NCBI GenBank assembly: GCA_963771185.1
Contig: CAVYSL010000011.1
Coordinates: 15,303 to 79,302, forward strand
Source: an uncultured Gaiellaceae bacterium
GTDB taxonomy: Bacteria > Actinomycetota > Thermoleophilia > Gaiellales > Gaiellaceae
Direction of reading: 5' to 3'
DNA: 64,000 nt
Part shown: piece by piece, positions 37,501 to 45,633 of the stretch
How the letters are laid out: each line of letters starts with the position of its first letter
Position numbering within the stretch: position 1 is the first letter of the stretch
Made by a program: the position numbers and the translations under genes
The notes under the pieces: generated by a model
The model's input: the letters and a program-made list of their open reading frames with translations, nothing else
The model's database searches: none
What the model was told of the DNA's origin: nothing

Positions 37501-37693
37501 GCGAGACGAGGAGCTGGAAATCGGCCTCCGCCAGTGCGTTGGCCGGCAGCGCCAATGCGGCGAAGACAGCGATCGAGCCGAGGAATAGACGAGCCCCGCG
37601 GGCGCGGTGGGTCGGACGCCCAAGCGCGGAAGTCCCCCCGCCGCTCGTGCCGCATGCCACAGCACGCGGGAGACTACTCTCCCACCGGACCAA
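34583..37693 (-). CDS. large secreted/surface protein with many carboxypeptidase-regulatory-like (CarboxypepD_reg) repeats and a prealbumin/SpaA-like domain
   Basis: 1036-aa ORF with a signal-like LFLGSIAVFAALALPANALA. The pattern G-V-D-T-PL-GA-V...TD-GRY-I recurs at least 8 times. A VKKTVNG...TFTF...PGTYQLCE segment is present. Start codon uncertain. Confidence 0.8.
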   Translation of the reverse strand: MVRWESSLPRAVACGTSGGGTSALGRPTHRARGARLFLGSIAVFAALALPANALAEADFQLLVSPAQVTVTPGQTTTLHVGVGAIDGFSAPVSLSVSGLPTGVTAQFSVNPITPSGVSDLVLSAAPNAAAATVAIEVTASGGGKTHVSTGRETTNLTMLKVCFGTIAGTVRDAETGALLTGVELRVTPGLDPIGPPAATTGADGTYRIQNVGLGPRNADRALFVAANLRPDYWPARSDEQTIGCGRTTQIDLTLVRVRPAHLVGTVFEGTPDPSDPFRVIPTTTPATGVTTYLDPIDHRAPFPVPAIVTPDGRFEFRFPVGYNNAPLSTSLNAFTSGDNEDEWRQGYWFSRLTLSVQPGAELQRDIAVVRKCTFALSGRVVDAATNQPIPGAFVNVGTSEDFDTAVAGADGTFSFPKLLLGHNNAPTQYFADANLVGYDGGFASGDVSACGGNHETTLRMTPLEYHFGSIEGVVRDEETLQPLPGITVFLDFSTGRCGSPPRFEAPCQTTTDAAGRYRIGPVLTGHAPDDTYSTLVRTQQQFPPPYYDATAPVTIAKGDPPTQQDLLLLRRRFGAVAGLVRDVITKQPVTGARVTVSAGGALTGSDGRYTIGGLHLSDRNTPRSTDASVSAFAYWPATAEDIPLAADVTTPRDFELMPLCQNAEISGRVTDQDTALPIANATVTGGGRSTVTGTDGRYALTEVPVGNSNSPTRVTLTALRFDYHASSTEVTVFCGAKLQVDLPPDTGAVSVKKTVNGAAPAAGQTFTFRLRRGASAGTPGTLVGEAAAPAAGGSPATFPNLTPGTYQLCEIVPANWTTSLAGFTLPGGETCASTTVTASTVTNVDVDNRSPVDPPPTCVIEEQGTLADRRGFIRFRVQDVGSGLARYQVVYVRNATVSVSPFTPGTLQPVTVTATAVNANKSLGVEVHFFDLAGNKAVCDPIVLVVARTDDQPEEEQFTGVPQSESKVTILNGDPGMKKVQLTVNGVKFKEQDLGPGEVRKFDVASAMRPGSDNTITVSARGKKGATAVIVIADID

Positions 37694-37755
37694 GTCAAGA
37701 GTGCGTCAGCAGCGCCATCCGGACCGACCCGCCGCTCGAGCGGCGATGACCGGCG

Positions 37756-38124
37756 CTACGGCTCGTCGGGAGGGTCGTCGAGCTGCATGATCCGCTCGGC
37801 GTAGTGCTCGCTCGACGGCGAGAGCGAGCTCGCCAGCTTGTAGTGCCCGTTCGCCTCGGCGTCGCGGCCCTGCTTCTCGAGCGCGCGGCCGAGCGCGTAG
37901 TGGGCGTAGTCGTCGGTCGGCGAGAGCTCGAGCACCGCCCGAAACTCCGCCTCCGCCTCCTTCCAACGCTGGATCCGGAAGTACGCGATCCCGAGCGCCT
38001 CCCGGATCGATGCCTTGTCCGGCTCGAGCTTCTTCGCCTTTTCGAGCGCGACCGTCGCCTGCGCCGCCATGCCGTCCTTGAGATGCGCCTTGCCCTGCTG
38101 AAAGTTGTCGTACGCGTCGCTCAT
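37756..38124 (-). CDS. TPR-repeat protein (122 aa)
   Basis: AYFRIQRWKEAEAEFRAVLELSPTDDYAHYALGRALEKQGRDAEA fits the TPR consensus. Confidence 0.7.
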   Translation of the reverse strand: MSDAYDNFQQGKAHLKDGMAAQATVALEKAKKLEPDKASIREALGIAYFRIQRWKEAEAEFRAVLELSPTDDYAHYALGRALEKQGRDAEANGHYKLASSLSPSSEHYAERIMQLDDPPDEP

Positions 38125-38790
38125 AGGCTTCTAAGGTAGGGAAAGTTGTGCTCGAGGAGGTCGAACGGCGTCGTCAGCCCGCGCGTCGAGCCGACCTCGA
38201 TGCCCGCTATCTCCTCTCCCGCGTCGATCGCTTGTTGAAACGCCGTCGCGAGCTCGAAGGGGCGGGCGCCGGGCAACGCGTCGACGTGGCTCGCGACGGA
38301 TGGGCCGACCCCCCAGAGCGGCATCGCGAGCACACCGTCGCCGAGAATCCGCTGGACGAGCCCGCCCTCGAGCTCGACCGTGCCCGGCCGCGGCTGGACC
38401 GCGAGCGCACCTGCTGCACCGGAGCCCGCAAACGCCTGAGCAAAGCGTGCGATCTCGCCGCGCGCGAAGGACCATGTCGGCACCGAGGACGAGATACGGC
38501 GCGGTCGCCCCCGCGGCCACAACCGCGTGCGCGGATCCGTCCGGTGAGCCCTGCCGCGCGCAGGCGACCTCGAGCCCGAAGCCGCTCCCGTCGCCGACGA
38601 ACCGCTCAACCTGCTCCGCGAGGTGGCCGGTCACGACGGTCGCCAGGGGGATGCCCGCGGCGGCGAGCTCGCGCAGCAGGTGCGCGAGCACCGGTGTGCC
38701 GTCGATCGGCAGGAGCGGCTTGGCGTAGCGATCGGTCAGCGGCCGGAGCCTCGTGCCGAGGCCGGCCGCGATCACGACCGCGGGGATCAC
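38121..38790 (-). CDS. sugar-phosphate nucleotidyltransferase-like protein; frame change at about 38475
   Basis: N-terminus [29 protein letters not shown] (G-x-G-T-R-x-x-P motif) is in ORF 38131-38790 up to ...YLVLGAD. The sequence then continues sensibly ([15 protein letters not shown]...[12 protein letters not shown]) only in the frame of ORF 38121-38609. Confidence 0.7.
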
Positions 38791-40991
38791 GTCCGCAGCG
38801 AGCGGAGCGTGACGAGCCCACGCAGGCGGGCCGTCCGCCCGAGGCTGTGGCGGAGACGGCGTAGCAGCAGCCGCAGCTCGCGACGAGCGTTGGCCGCGGC
38901 CGCGGCGCTCTCGCCTGGAGGGCCGAAGCGGGCCGCCGCAAGCGCCTGCGCGAACGGCCGGCCGTCCGCGCCGAGCTCCGCCTGGACGAGCTCGTGCAGC
39001 TCCTCCGGCGTCGCGCTCGCACTGACGGCGATCCCCTGGTCGGTGAGGAAGTCCGCGAGCTCACGCCGGGCCGCGGTCGCCAACTGCCGCGGATCGCGCG
39101 TCAGGTAGCGAAGCCGCCGCCTGACGAGCTTCGCCATCCCGATGGCGGCACCGGCGCCGGCCACGACCAGGAGCAGGAGCCAGAGGGTGCTCGGCCCTCC
39201 GTCGTCGGCGCGCCGCGCGGCCTGCGCCTCCGCGAGCCGTTCCCGCTGCTCGAGCAGGCGCAGCTGGTCGGCGCCGCCGCCGCTCGCGCGGCCGCCTGCA
39301 GTGCCGCCGAAGGCGTCGGCGGCATCGCCGGCGTTGAATCCGGTCGACGACGCGCTGTAGCTGGCGGCGAGCGAGCCGCGGCCCGGCGTGGGGTCGAACG
39401 GCAGCCAGCCGTAGCCGGGGAACCAGACCTCGACCCAGGCATGGGCGTTGTGGTCGGTCACCGTCCAGCCACCGTCCTCGTACTTGCCGCTCGTGAACCC
39501 GGCGGCGACCCGGGCGGGGACGCCGAGCATCCGCAGCATCAGCGCCATCGCACCGGCGAAGTGCTGGCAGTAGCCGCGCCTGCCGTCGGCGACGAAGTGC
39601 GCGAGCGGCGGCACGCCTCCGGTCGCCGGCGGCGACTCGTCGTAGGCGAAGCCGCCCGTCGTGCGGAGCCACGTCTCGATCGCGACGACGGCGCCGTACG
39701 GCGTCCGGGCGTCGGCGCGCAGCCGTCTCGCCTGCTGCCACATCGCCTCGTACGGCCAGAGCGCGAGATAGCGGTCGTCCTCGAAGAGACCGTCGACGAG
39801 CCGATCGCGGCCAGGTGTGCCGAAGGGCTCGACGCGGGTCCGGCCGATGTCGAGAAAGCGGTCGAGCGCGGGCGGATACTCGGCCTCGAGCGGCGCCAGC
39901 TCCGCCGGCCCCGGTCGAGGCGCGTAGCTGTAGACCGTGTAGCTCTGCCCCCGCCGGAGCCCGTTGTAGACACGAACGAGCCCGTCGGAGAGGTGGAAGA
40001 CGCCACCGAGGCTCGGTGCGTCGAGAGCGACCGGCTGCGCCGCGGCGACGATGTGCGTGTCCTTGAGTGCCAGCACCTCGACGTCCTGACGAACCCAGGT
40101 GGCGCGGTTCAGCGAGCGCGTGGGCAGGAGCGGATCGTTCGGGAGCCTCCCACTCGCGGGTCCGGTCGAGAGCGGAGTCGGATTTTCGAGCCACCGGTCC
40201 GAGTCGAACTGGTCGAGCGTTGTCGCCCGCCAGTACAGCCCGCGCCTCGGCCCGGTGATCCGCAGCACCGTCGTCCGGTTCTTCGCGAACTCGATCCCGC
40301 CGTAGGTTCCTTCCCACACGTAGCTGACCGAGACCGGCTGCCCCGCCCCGCTCGGGGTCCACCGCTCCCACGCGAGCACGCCGTCCTTGGCGACGGCAGC
40401 CGAGCTGGAGGCGCCGGCGGCGACCAGGACGAGCACCGCGCCCGCGACGAGGGCAGGCACGGGCCGCGTCGTTCGCAGGCCCGCGAGCACCCAGAGCGCG
40501 GCGGCGAGAATGATCGCGCCGTAGGCAATGCTGCGGGAGGGATAGAGCGCCGCAGGCCAGCCGGCGCCCGCGATCACTGCGAGCAGCGCGGGCAGCGGCC
40601 GTCGCGCCGCGACGGACTGCGCGAGGACGACGCAGAAGCCGAAGATCGCGAGCAGGAGGACGCCGTGCATCCGTTGATGCTCGACCGCGCTGAACGGGAC
40701 GGTCACGTCGTAGTAGCCGCCGACGCCGTTCGCGAACCGATCGAGCACGGGCGCGAAGAAGCCCGGCCGGTCGTCGATCGCCGGCGTGTCGAGCGCGACC
40801 CAGGCGGCCGTCAACGCCGCGGGCGCGATGAGCGCCAGTCGCAGCCAGAGCGTCGGCGCCAGCGCCGGAACGAGCGCGAGAAGGACGACCCAGACCCAGT
40901 CGGCGCCCTTGGCGCGGGGCTCCTCCAGCCGAAGCCAGCCCAGCGCGATCAGGGCGGCCGGGAAGAGATAGACGGCGAGCGTCCTAAGCAT
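38787..40991 (-). CDS. transglutaminase-domain membrane protein (TgpA-like)
   Basis: Multi-helix N-terminus. Transglutaminase core [27 protein letters not shown]...[25 protein letters not shown]-terminal TM plus DUF4129-like tail. ATG at 40991 is preferred over 41033. Confidence 0.85.
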   Translation of the reverse strand: MLRTLAVYLFPAALIALGWLRLEEPRAKGADWVWVVLLALVPALAPTLWLRLALIAPAALTAAWVALDTPAIDDRPGFFAPVLDRFANGVGGYYDVTVPFSAVEHQRMHGVLLLAIFGFCVVLAQSVAARRPLPALLAVIAGAGWPAALYPSRSIAYGAIILAAALWVLAGLRTTRPVPALVAGAVLVLVAAGASSSAAVAKDGVLAWERWTPSGAGQPVSVSYVWEGTYGGIEFAKNRTTVLRITGPRRGLYWRATTLDQFDSDRWLENPTPLSTGPASGRLPNDPLLPTRSLNRATWVRQDVEVLALKDTHIVAAAQPVALDAPSLGGVFHLSDGLVRVYNGLRRGQSYTVYSYAPRPGPAELAPLEAEYPPALDRFLDIGRTRVEPFGTPGRDRLVDGLFEDDRYLALWPYEAMWQQARRLRADARTPYGAVVAIETWLRTTGGFAYDESPPATGGVPPLAHFVADGRRGYCQHFAGAMALMLRMLGVPARVAAGFTSGKYEDGGWTVTDHNAHAWVEVWFPGYGWLPFDPTPGRGSLAASYSASSTGFNAGDAADAFGGTAGGRASGGGADQLRLLEQRERLAEAQAARRADDGGPSTLWLLLLVVAGAGAAIGMAKLVRRRLRYLTRDPRQLATAARRELADFLTDQGIAVSASATPEELHELVQAELGADGRPFAQALAAARFGPPGESAAAAANARRELRLLLRRLRHSLGRTARLRGLVTLRSLRT

Positions 40992-42183
40992 GGGCGCTCC
41001 GTACAGAGGGAGCGGCACCGAGCACCGCAGCAAGGGAGTCGCCGCGGCGGATCACTGCCACCGCGACGCCGGCAGCCTGCAGCCGGAGCAGCTCCGGCTC
41101 GACCTTCGCGGGCCGGCCCGCGAAGCTGGCGCTGTCGATCCAGACGATGCTGACGCCCTGGCCGGCGAGCGAGCGCTGCACGAGCCTCGTCGCGAGCGCG
41201 CCGGACAGCCGTGCAGTGACGACGACGGTCTCGACCGCGCGTGACGCTGGTCCGCTGTCGCGCGCGAGCAGCTCGACGACGGGGCGCGTCCCATCCGGCT
41301 CCGCCTCTGCGAGCACGCCGAGCGCGACCAGCCAGTCCCCGTCGAGCGACGTGACCCGCACGCTCGGCCGTGCGGCCGAGTTGACCGCCAGAACGGCCCG
41401 ACGCGCGTGCGAGGCGTGCGCGCGCAGGATCGAGCCGGCCGCGCGCACCTGCACGTCGAAGCTGTCCTCGACGACCGCGCTCGCATCGGCGTCGAGGATC
41501 ACCGCGATCTCGTCGCGGGGCGCATCCTCGAGCTCCTTCACCATCAGCTGGCCGCGGCGGGCAGTCGACTTCCAGTGCACCTTCCGCAGCGACTCGCCCT
41601 GCTCGTACTCACGCACCGAGTGGAGATCGAAGCCAGAGGGGCGGCGCAACAGCAGCCGGCGGCCGTCCTGCGCGTGGGCGCCGCTCTCGGAGAAGAGCCG
41701 GTCGAGGACGACGAGCCGCGGGTAGACCAGCAGCGATCCGCGCGCATCGAGGTCGACGTCCAGACGCGCAAGCCCGAACGGGTCGTCGATCGTCGCGCGC
41801 GCCTCCTCGACGATGTAGCGCCCGCGCGGCACGCGCTCCAGGACATACGTGCCTCGGTAGCCGCTGCCGACGCGGGACAGCGTCGTCACCTGATCGCCGA
41901 AGCGCGCGATTCTCTCGGTGATCGCGATCCCGGCTGCCGGCATCCGCGACTCGGGCAGGACATCGAGGCTGACCCAGACGTCCTCGCCCTCGAGCAAGGC
42001 GCCCTTGCCGGCACGGCGCCGCAGCTGCATCGGCCCCGCAGCGAGCCACGTCCACGCGAGCGCGCCGAGCGGCGCGAGCACCAGCCCGGTCGCGACCGGG
42101 TAGAGCGCCTTGGCGCCGAAGAGCCAGGCGACGACATACGTCGCCGCCCCCAGCAGCAGCGTCAGCCAGCCCCGCCTCGTCAA
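40984..42183 (-). CDS. DUF58-family protein
   Basis: 399-aa ORF with two N-terminal helices and the DUF58 hallmark VREYEQGESLRKVHWKSTARRGQLMVKE. Confidence 0.85.
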   Translation of the reverse strand: MTRRGWLTLLLGAATYVVAWLFGAKALYPVATGLVLAPLGALAWTWLAAGPMQLRRRAGKGALLEGEDVWVSLDVLPESRMPAAGIAITERIARFGDQVTTLSRVGSGYRGTYVLERVPRGRYIVEEARATIDDPFGLARLDVDLDARGSLLVYPRLVVLDRLFSESGAHAQDGRRLLLRRPSGFDLHSVREYEQGESLRKVHWKSTARRGQLMVKELEDAPRDEIAVILDADASAVVEDSFDVQVRAAGSILRAHASHARRAVLAVNSAARPSVRVTSLDGDWLVALGVLAEAEPDGTRPVVELLARDSGPASRAVETVVVTARLSGALATRLVQRSLAGQGVSIVWIDSASFAGRPAKVEPELLRLQAAGVAVAVIRRGDSLAAVLGAAPSVRSAHA

Positions 42184-42186
42184 GAC

Positions 42187-43149
42187 CTAGACCGGGACGG
42201 GGGTCTGCTCGACTGCTTCGCCGACGATCTCCTCTGCCGTGAGGCCGGCGGAGCGCGCCTCGGGGGCGAGGATCAGCCGGTGCGCGAGCACGGGCCGGGC
42301 GATCGCCTTCACGTCGTCGGGAAGCACGTAGTCGCGGCCCTCGCCGAGCGCGCGCGCCTTCGCAACGCGAAGCAGCGCGATCCCCGAGCGCGGGCTGGCG
42401 CCGAGAGCGAGCCGGGAGCTGCCGCGCGTGTGCCGGAGCAACGCCACGACGTAGCGGTTGAGGCTCTCCTCGACGAAGAGCGAGCGCGCCTCGTCGATCG
42501 CGGCCGTCACCTCCGCGAGCGTCGCGACCGCCGCCAGCGAGTCGAGCGGTGGCTCTGTCGTCTGCTCGTTCAGCATCCGCGCCTCGTCCGCGAGCGGCGG
42601 GTACCCGAGCGAGAGCCGCATCGAGAAGCGGTCGAGCTGCGCCTCGGGCAGCGGGTACGTGCCCTCGTACTCGATCGGGTTCTGGGTCGCGATCACCATG
42701 AACGGCCGGTCGAGCGGGTACGACTCGCCGTCGATCGTCACCTGGCTCTCCTGCATCGCCTCGAGCAGCGCCGCCTGCGTCTTCGGGGAGGCACGGTTGA
42801 TCTCGTCGACGAGCAGCACGTTCGCGAACACCGGGCCGGGCCGGAACTCGAACTCGTTCGTGCGCTGGTTGAAGACGTTGACGCCGGTGACGTCGGACGG
42901 GAGCAGGTCGGGCGTGAACTGGATCCGCGAGAAGTCGAGGTCGAGCGAACGGGCGAGCGACTTGGCGAGCATCGTCTTGCCGACGCCGGGGAAGTCCTCG
43001 ACGATCACGTGCCCCTCGGCGACGAGCGAGAGCACGATCAGCCGCAGCGTGTCCGCGGGCGCGTGCACGACCCGAGCCAGGTTCTCGACCAGCCGCTCGA
43101 CCGTCTCGGCCGACGAGGCGACGGCTGCGGCGTCGCGCCTAGCCTCCAC
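42187..43149 (-). CDS. MoxR-family AAA+ ATPase
   Basis: 320-aa ORF with Walker A FPGVGKTMLA, LLVDEINRASPKTQAALLEAMQE and IATQNPIEYEGTYPLPEAQLDRF. Confidence 0.9.
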   Translation of the reverse strand: MEARRDAAAVASSAETVERLVENLARVVHAPADTLRLIVLSLVAEGHVIVEDFPGVGKTMLAKSLARSLDLDFSRIQFTPDLLPSDVTGVNVFNQRTNEFEFRPGPVFANVLLVDEINRASPKTQAALLEAMQESQVTIDGESYPLDRPFMVIATQNPIEYEGTYPLPEAQLDRFSMRLSLGYPPLADEARMLNEQTTEPPLDSLAAVATLAEVTAAIDEARSLFVEESLNRYVVALLRHTRGSSRLALGASPRSGIALLRVAKARALGEGRDYVLPDDVKAIARPVLAHRLILAPEARSAGLTAEEIVGEAVEQTPVPV

Positions 43150-44326
43150 GTCGCTCCTCGAGCAGGCGCTCGACCTCGTCGACGATGCCGGCGGCGATCT
43201 CCGCCTTCGATGCGCGCTGGAGCTCCCGCTCGCCCGAGCGGGTCACGAGCGTGACCTCGTTCTCGCTCGAGTCGAAGCCGATGCCGGGAGCGGACACGTC
43301 GTTGTAGACGACGAGATCGAGGTTCTTGTCTGTGAGCATCCCCCGCTTCCGCTCGAGGCCGGCCTCGCCCAGCTCGGCGCCGAAGCCGACCAGCACTTGG
43401 CCGTTGCGCTCCTCCTCGCCGAGGAGCGCGAGCACGTCCACCGTGGGCTCGAGCTCCAGGCTCCACGGCTCGCCCGTCTTCGCACGCTTGCCCTCGATCG
43501 GCTCGGCGGGCCGGTAGTCGGCCACAGCGGCGGCCATGACGACGACGTCGGCGTCGCCGGAGCGGTTGCGCGCCTCACGCTCGAGGTCGGCTGCGGTCGG
43601 CACCTCGACGACTTCGACCCCGTCGGGTGTGGGCACGGCCAGGTTCGATGCGAGCAGCGTCACCCGCGCGCCGCGACGCTTCGCCTCGGCGGCGAGCGCG
43701 ACGCCCATCCGGCCGGACGAGCGGTTGCCGAGGAAGCGGACGGCATCGAGTGGCTCACGCGTGCCGCCGGCGCTGACGAGCACACGCGCGCCGGCGAGCC
43801 GACTTTGTGTGACTGTCACACGTGCTCCGAGCAGCGTCTCGATCCGGCGGGCGATCTCCTCCGGCTCGGTCATCCGCCCCGCGCCGACCTCGCCCTCGGC
43901 GAGCTCCCCCGCCTCGGGCCCGATCAGCTCGACGCCGCGTTGGCGCAGCGTCGCCGCGTTCGCCTGCGTCGCCGGGTGCTCCCACATGCGCGTGTTCATC
44001 GCGGGCGCGACGAGGATCGGCCCGCGGTGCGCGAGTGCCGCCTCGGTGAGGACGTCGTCCGCGAGCCCGTGCGCAAGCTTCGCCAGCGTGTTCGCGGTCA
44101 GCGGCGCGATCACAAGCAGGTCGGCGCGCTCGAGGTGCGGGTACGCGTTGTTCGGGCCGTGCGGCTTGCGGGCGAGGGCGAAGAAGGTCTCGGCGCGCAC
44201 GAAGCGCTCGGCGCCCCGCGTCGGCAGCGGCAGCACGTCGTGCCCGGCCTTGACGAGGAGCCGCACGAGCTCGCAGGCCTTGTAGGCCGCGATGCCGCCG
44301 GTGATCCCGAGCAGGATGCGCGCCAT
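43139..44326 (-). CDS. coaBC: bifunctional phosphopantothenoylcysteine decarboxylase/synthetase
   Basis: 395-aa ORF with ILLGITGGIAAYKA (CoaC) and VSAGGTREPLDAVRFLGNRSSGRMG (CoaB). Confidence 0.9.
   Translation of the reverse strand: MARILLGITGGIAAYKACELVRLLVKAGHDVLPLPTRGAERFVRAETFFALARKPHGPNNAYPHLERADLLVIAPLTANTLAKLAHGLADDVLTEAALAHRGPILVAPAMNTRMWEHPATQANAATLRQRGVELIGPEAGELAEGEVGAGRMTEPEEIARRIETLLGARVTVTQSRLAGARVLVSAGGTREPLDAVRFLGNRSSGRMGVALAAEAKRRGARVTLLASNLAVPTPDGVEVVEVPTAADLEREARNRSGDADVVVMAAAVADYRPAEPIEGKRAKTGEPWSLELEPTVDVLALLGEEERNGQVLVGFGAELGEAGLERKRGMLTDKNLDLVVYNDVSAPGIGFDSSENEVTLVTRSGERELQRASKAEIAAGIVDEVERLLEERRGG
43807..43821. repeat. AT-rich palindrome GTGTGAC-T-GTCACAC inside the coaBC interdomain linker (ACTTTGTGT family)
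   Basis: Preceded by ACTTT (43802-43806). In frame it encodes RVTVTQSR using rare codons (ACA, CAA, AGT). Confidence 0.65.
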
Positions 44327-44394
44327 CGCCTCATTGTGCCCGCACGAAGACGTCCGCGGTGGCGGGTTACCCGATTCGCGAGTGAGAAAGGGGT

Positions 44395-44643
44395 CTAGCG
44401 CTTGCCGTAGTCGTACTTGATCTTGCCCTGGGCGATCTCTTCCAGAGACATGGTCAAGTAGTTCTTCGAGCGCGACTCGACGAGCGGCGGCGGGGCCTCT
44501 TCGAAGCCCATGCCCTCGCCGAGCTGGTGGTGGTAGTTGTTGATCTGCCGCGCGCGCTTGGCCGCGACGATGACCAGCGCATAGCGCGAGTCGACCCCAC
44601 CGGCGTCCGTGTTCAGCAGTTCATCGATGCGAGGATGGATCAT
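44395..44643 (-). CDS. rpoZ: DNA-directed RNA polymerase subunit omega
   Basis: 82-aa ORF ...SRYALVIVAAKRARQINNY... Conserved position between gmk and coaBC. Confidence 0.9.
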   Translation of the reverse strand: MIHPRIDELLNTDAGGVDSRYALVIVAAKRARQINNYHHQLGEGMGFEEAPPPLVESRSKNYLTMSLEEIAQGKIKYDYGKR

Positions 44644-45236
44644 GAGCCGGCCATGGTACCCGCAGCCACGAGTTCCTGTTGGACCAGGGCCGAGAGCGCG
44701 TCGGTCGCCCGCTCGACGTCGTCGTTGCGGACCATGTAGCGGAAGCGGTAGGCCTGCTCGAGCTGCTGGCGCGCGAGCGCGATCCGGTCGCCGATCTCGC
44801 CCGAGCTCTCCGTGGCGCGAGCGCGCAGCCGCCGCTCGAGCTCGGGCACGTCGGCGGCGATGAAGAGGGTGACGCAGCGGTCGACGTGCTCCTGTACCGC
44901 CAGAGCGCCGTCGATCTCGAGCTCGAGCACGCAGACTCTCCCCTCGGCGGCGATCCGGTCCATCTCCGAGGCGAGCGTGCCGTAGCGGCCGCCGACGAAC
45001 TCGACGTGCTCGAGGAACTCCCCGGCATCGATCCGCTCGACGAACTCCTCCTCGGTCAGGAACCAGTACTCGCGGCCGTTCGTCTCGTTCGGCCGCTGCG
45101 GACGCGTCGTGGCCGAGACCGCCACCTCGAGCTCCGGGTGCCGTTCGACGAGCCGCTTGATCAGCGTCCCCTTGCCGGCCCCGCTCGGGCCGGTGATCAC
45201 GAAGACGGGCAGAGGACTATCTGTTGAAGAGGCCAA
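44640..45236 (-). CDS. gmk: guanylate kinase
   Basis: 198-aa ORF with P-loop GPSGAGKGTL and ...TTRPQRPNETNGREYWF. Confidence 0.9.
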   Translation of the reverse strand: MASSTDSPLPVFVITGPSGAGKGTLIKRLVERHPELEVAVSATTRPQRPNETNGREYWFLTEEEFVERIDAGEFLEHVEFVGGRYGTLASEMDRIAAEGRVCVLELEIDGALAVQEHVDRCVTLFIAADVPELERRLRARATESSGEIGDRIALARQQLEQAYRFRYMVRNDDVERATDALSALVQQELVAAGTMAGS

Positions 45237-45546
45237 TGAGCTCCGCGCGCTGCCGCTCGGAGAGGCCGCCCACAGTCTTCGACTGGCTGATGCGGCACTG
45301 GTTCAAGAGCCGCGCCGCCTTGACGCGCCCGAACTTGGGCACGGCCATGAGCATGTCGAAGACCTTCGCGGTCGAGACGTACTCGGGCGGGTCGAGCAGG
45401 ATCCCCTCGATCTGGACCCGTCCGTCCTTGAGGTCCTTCTTCAGCTGGGCGCGTCGAACGCGGATGTCGTTGGCCCGCTTGAGCGCCTCCATCCTTTGAT
45501 CCAGCGACCGCAGCGGGGCTTGTGCTTGCGTCTTCGACGACACCAT
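45217..45546 (-). CDS. mihF: actinobacterial integration host factor (mIHF/sIHF-like)
   Basis: 109-aa ORF ...RMEALKRANDIRVRRAQLKKDLKDGRV...VFDMLMAVPKFGRVKAARLL... Position upstream of gmk matches Mycobacterium and Streptomyces. Confidence 0.85.
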   Translation of the reverse strand: MVSSKTQAQAPLRSLDQRMEALKRANDIRVRRAQLKKDLKDGRVQIEGILLDPPEYVSTAKVFDMLMAVPKFGRVKAARLLNQCRISQSKTVGGLSERQRAELIGLFNR

Positions 45547-45633
45547 GAGCGCGGGATACTAGCATCCTTCCGAAGTCGGTCAAGCAGTCACTTTCGGCTT
45601 GTTTCCAGGCACTTTTTGCATCTCGTTGCCTGA

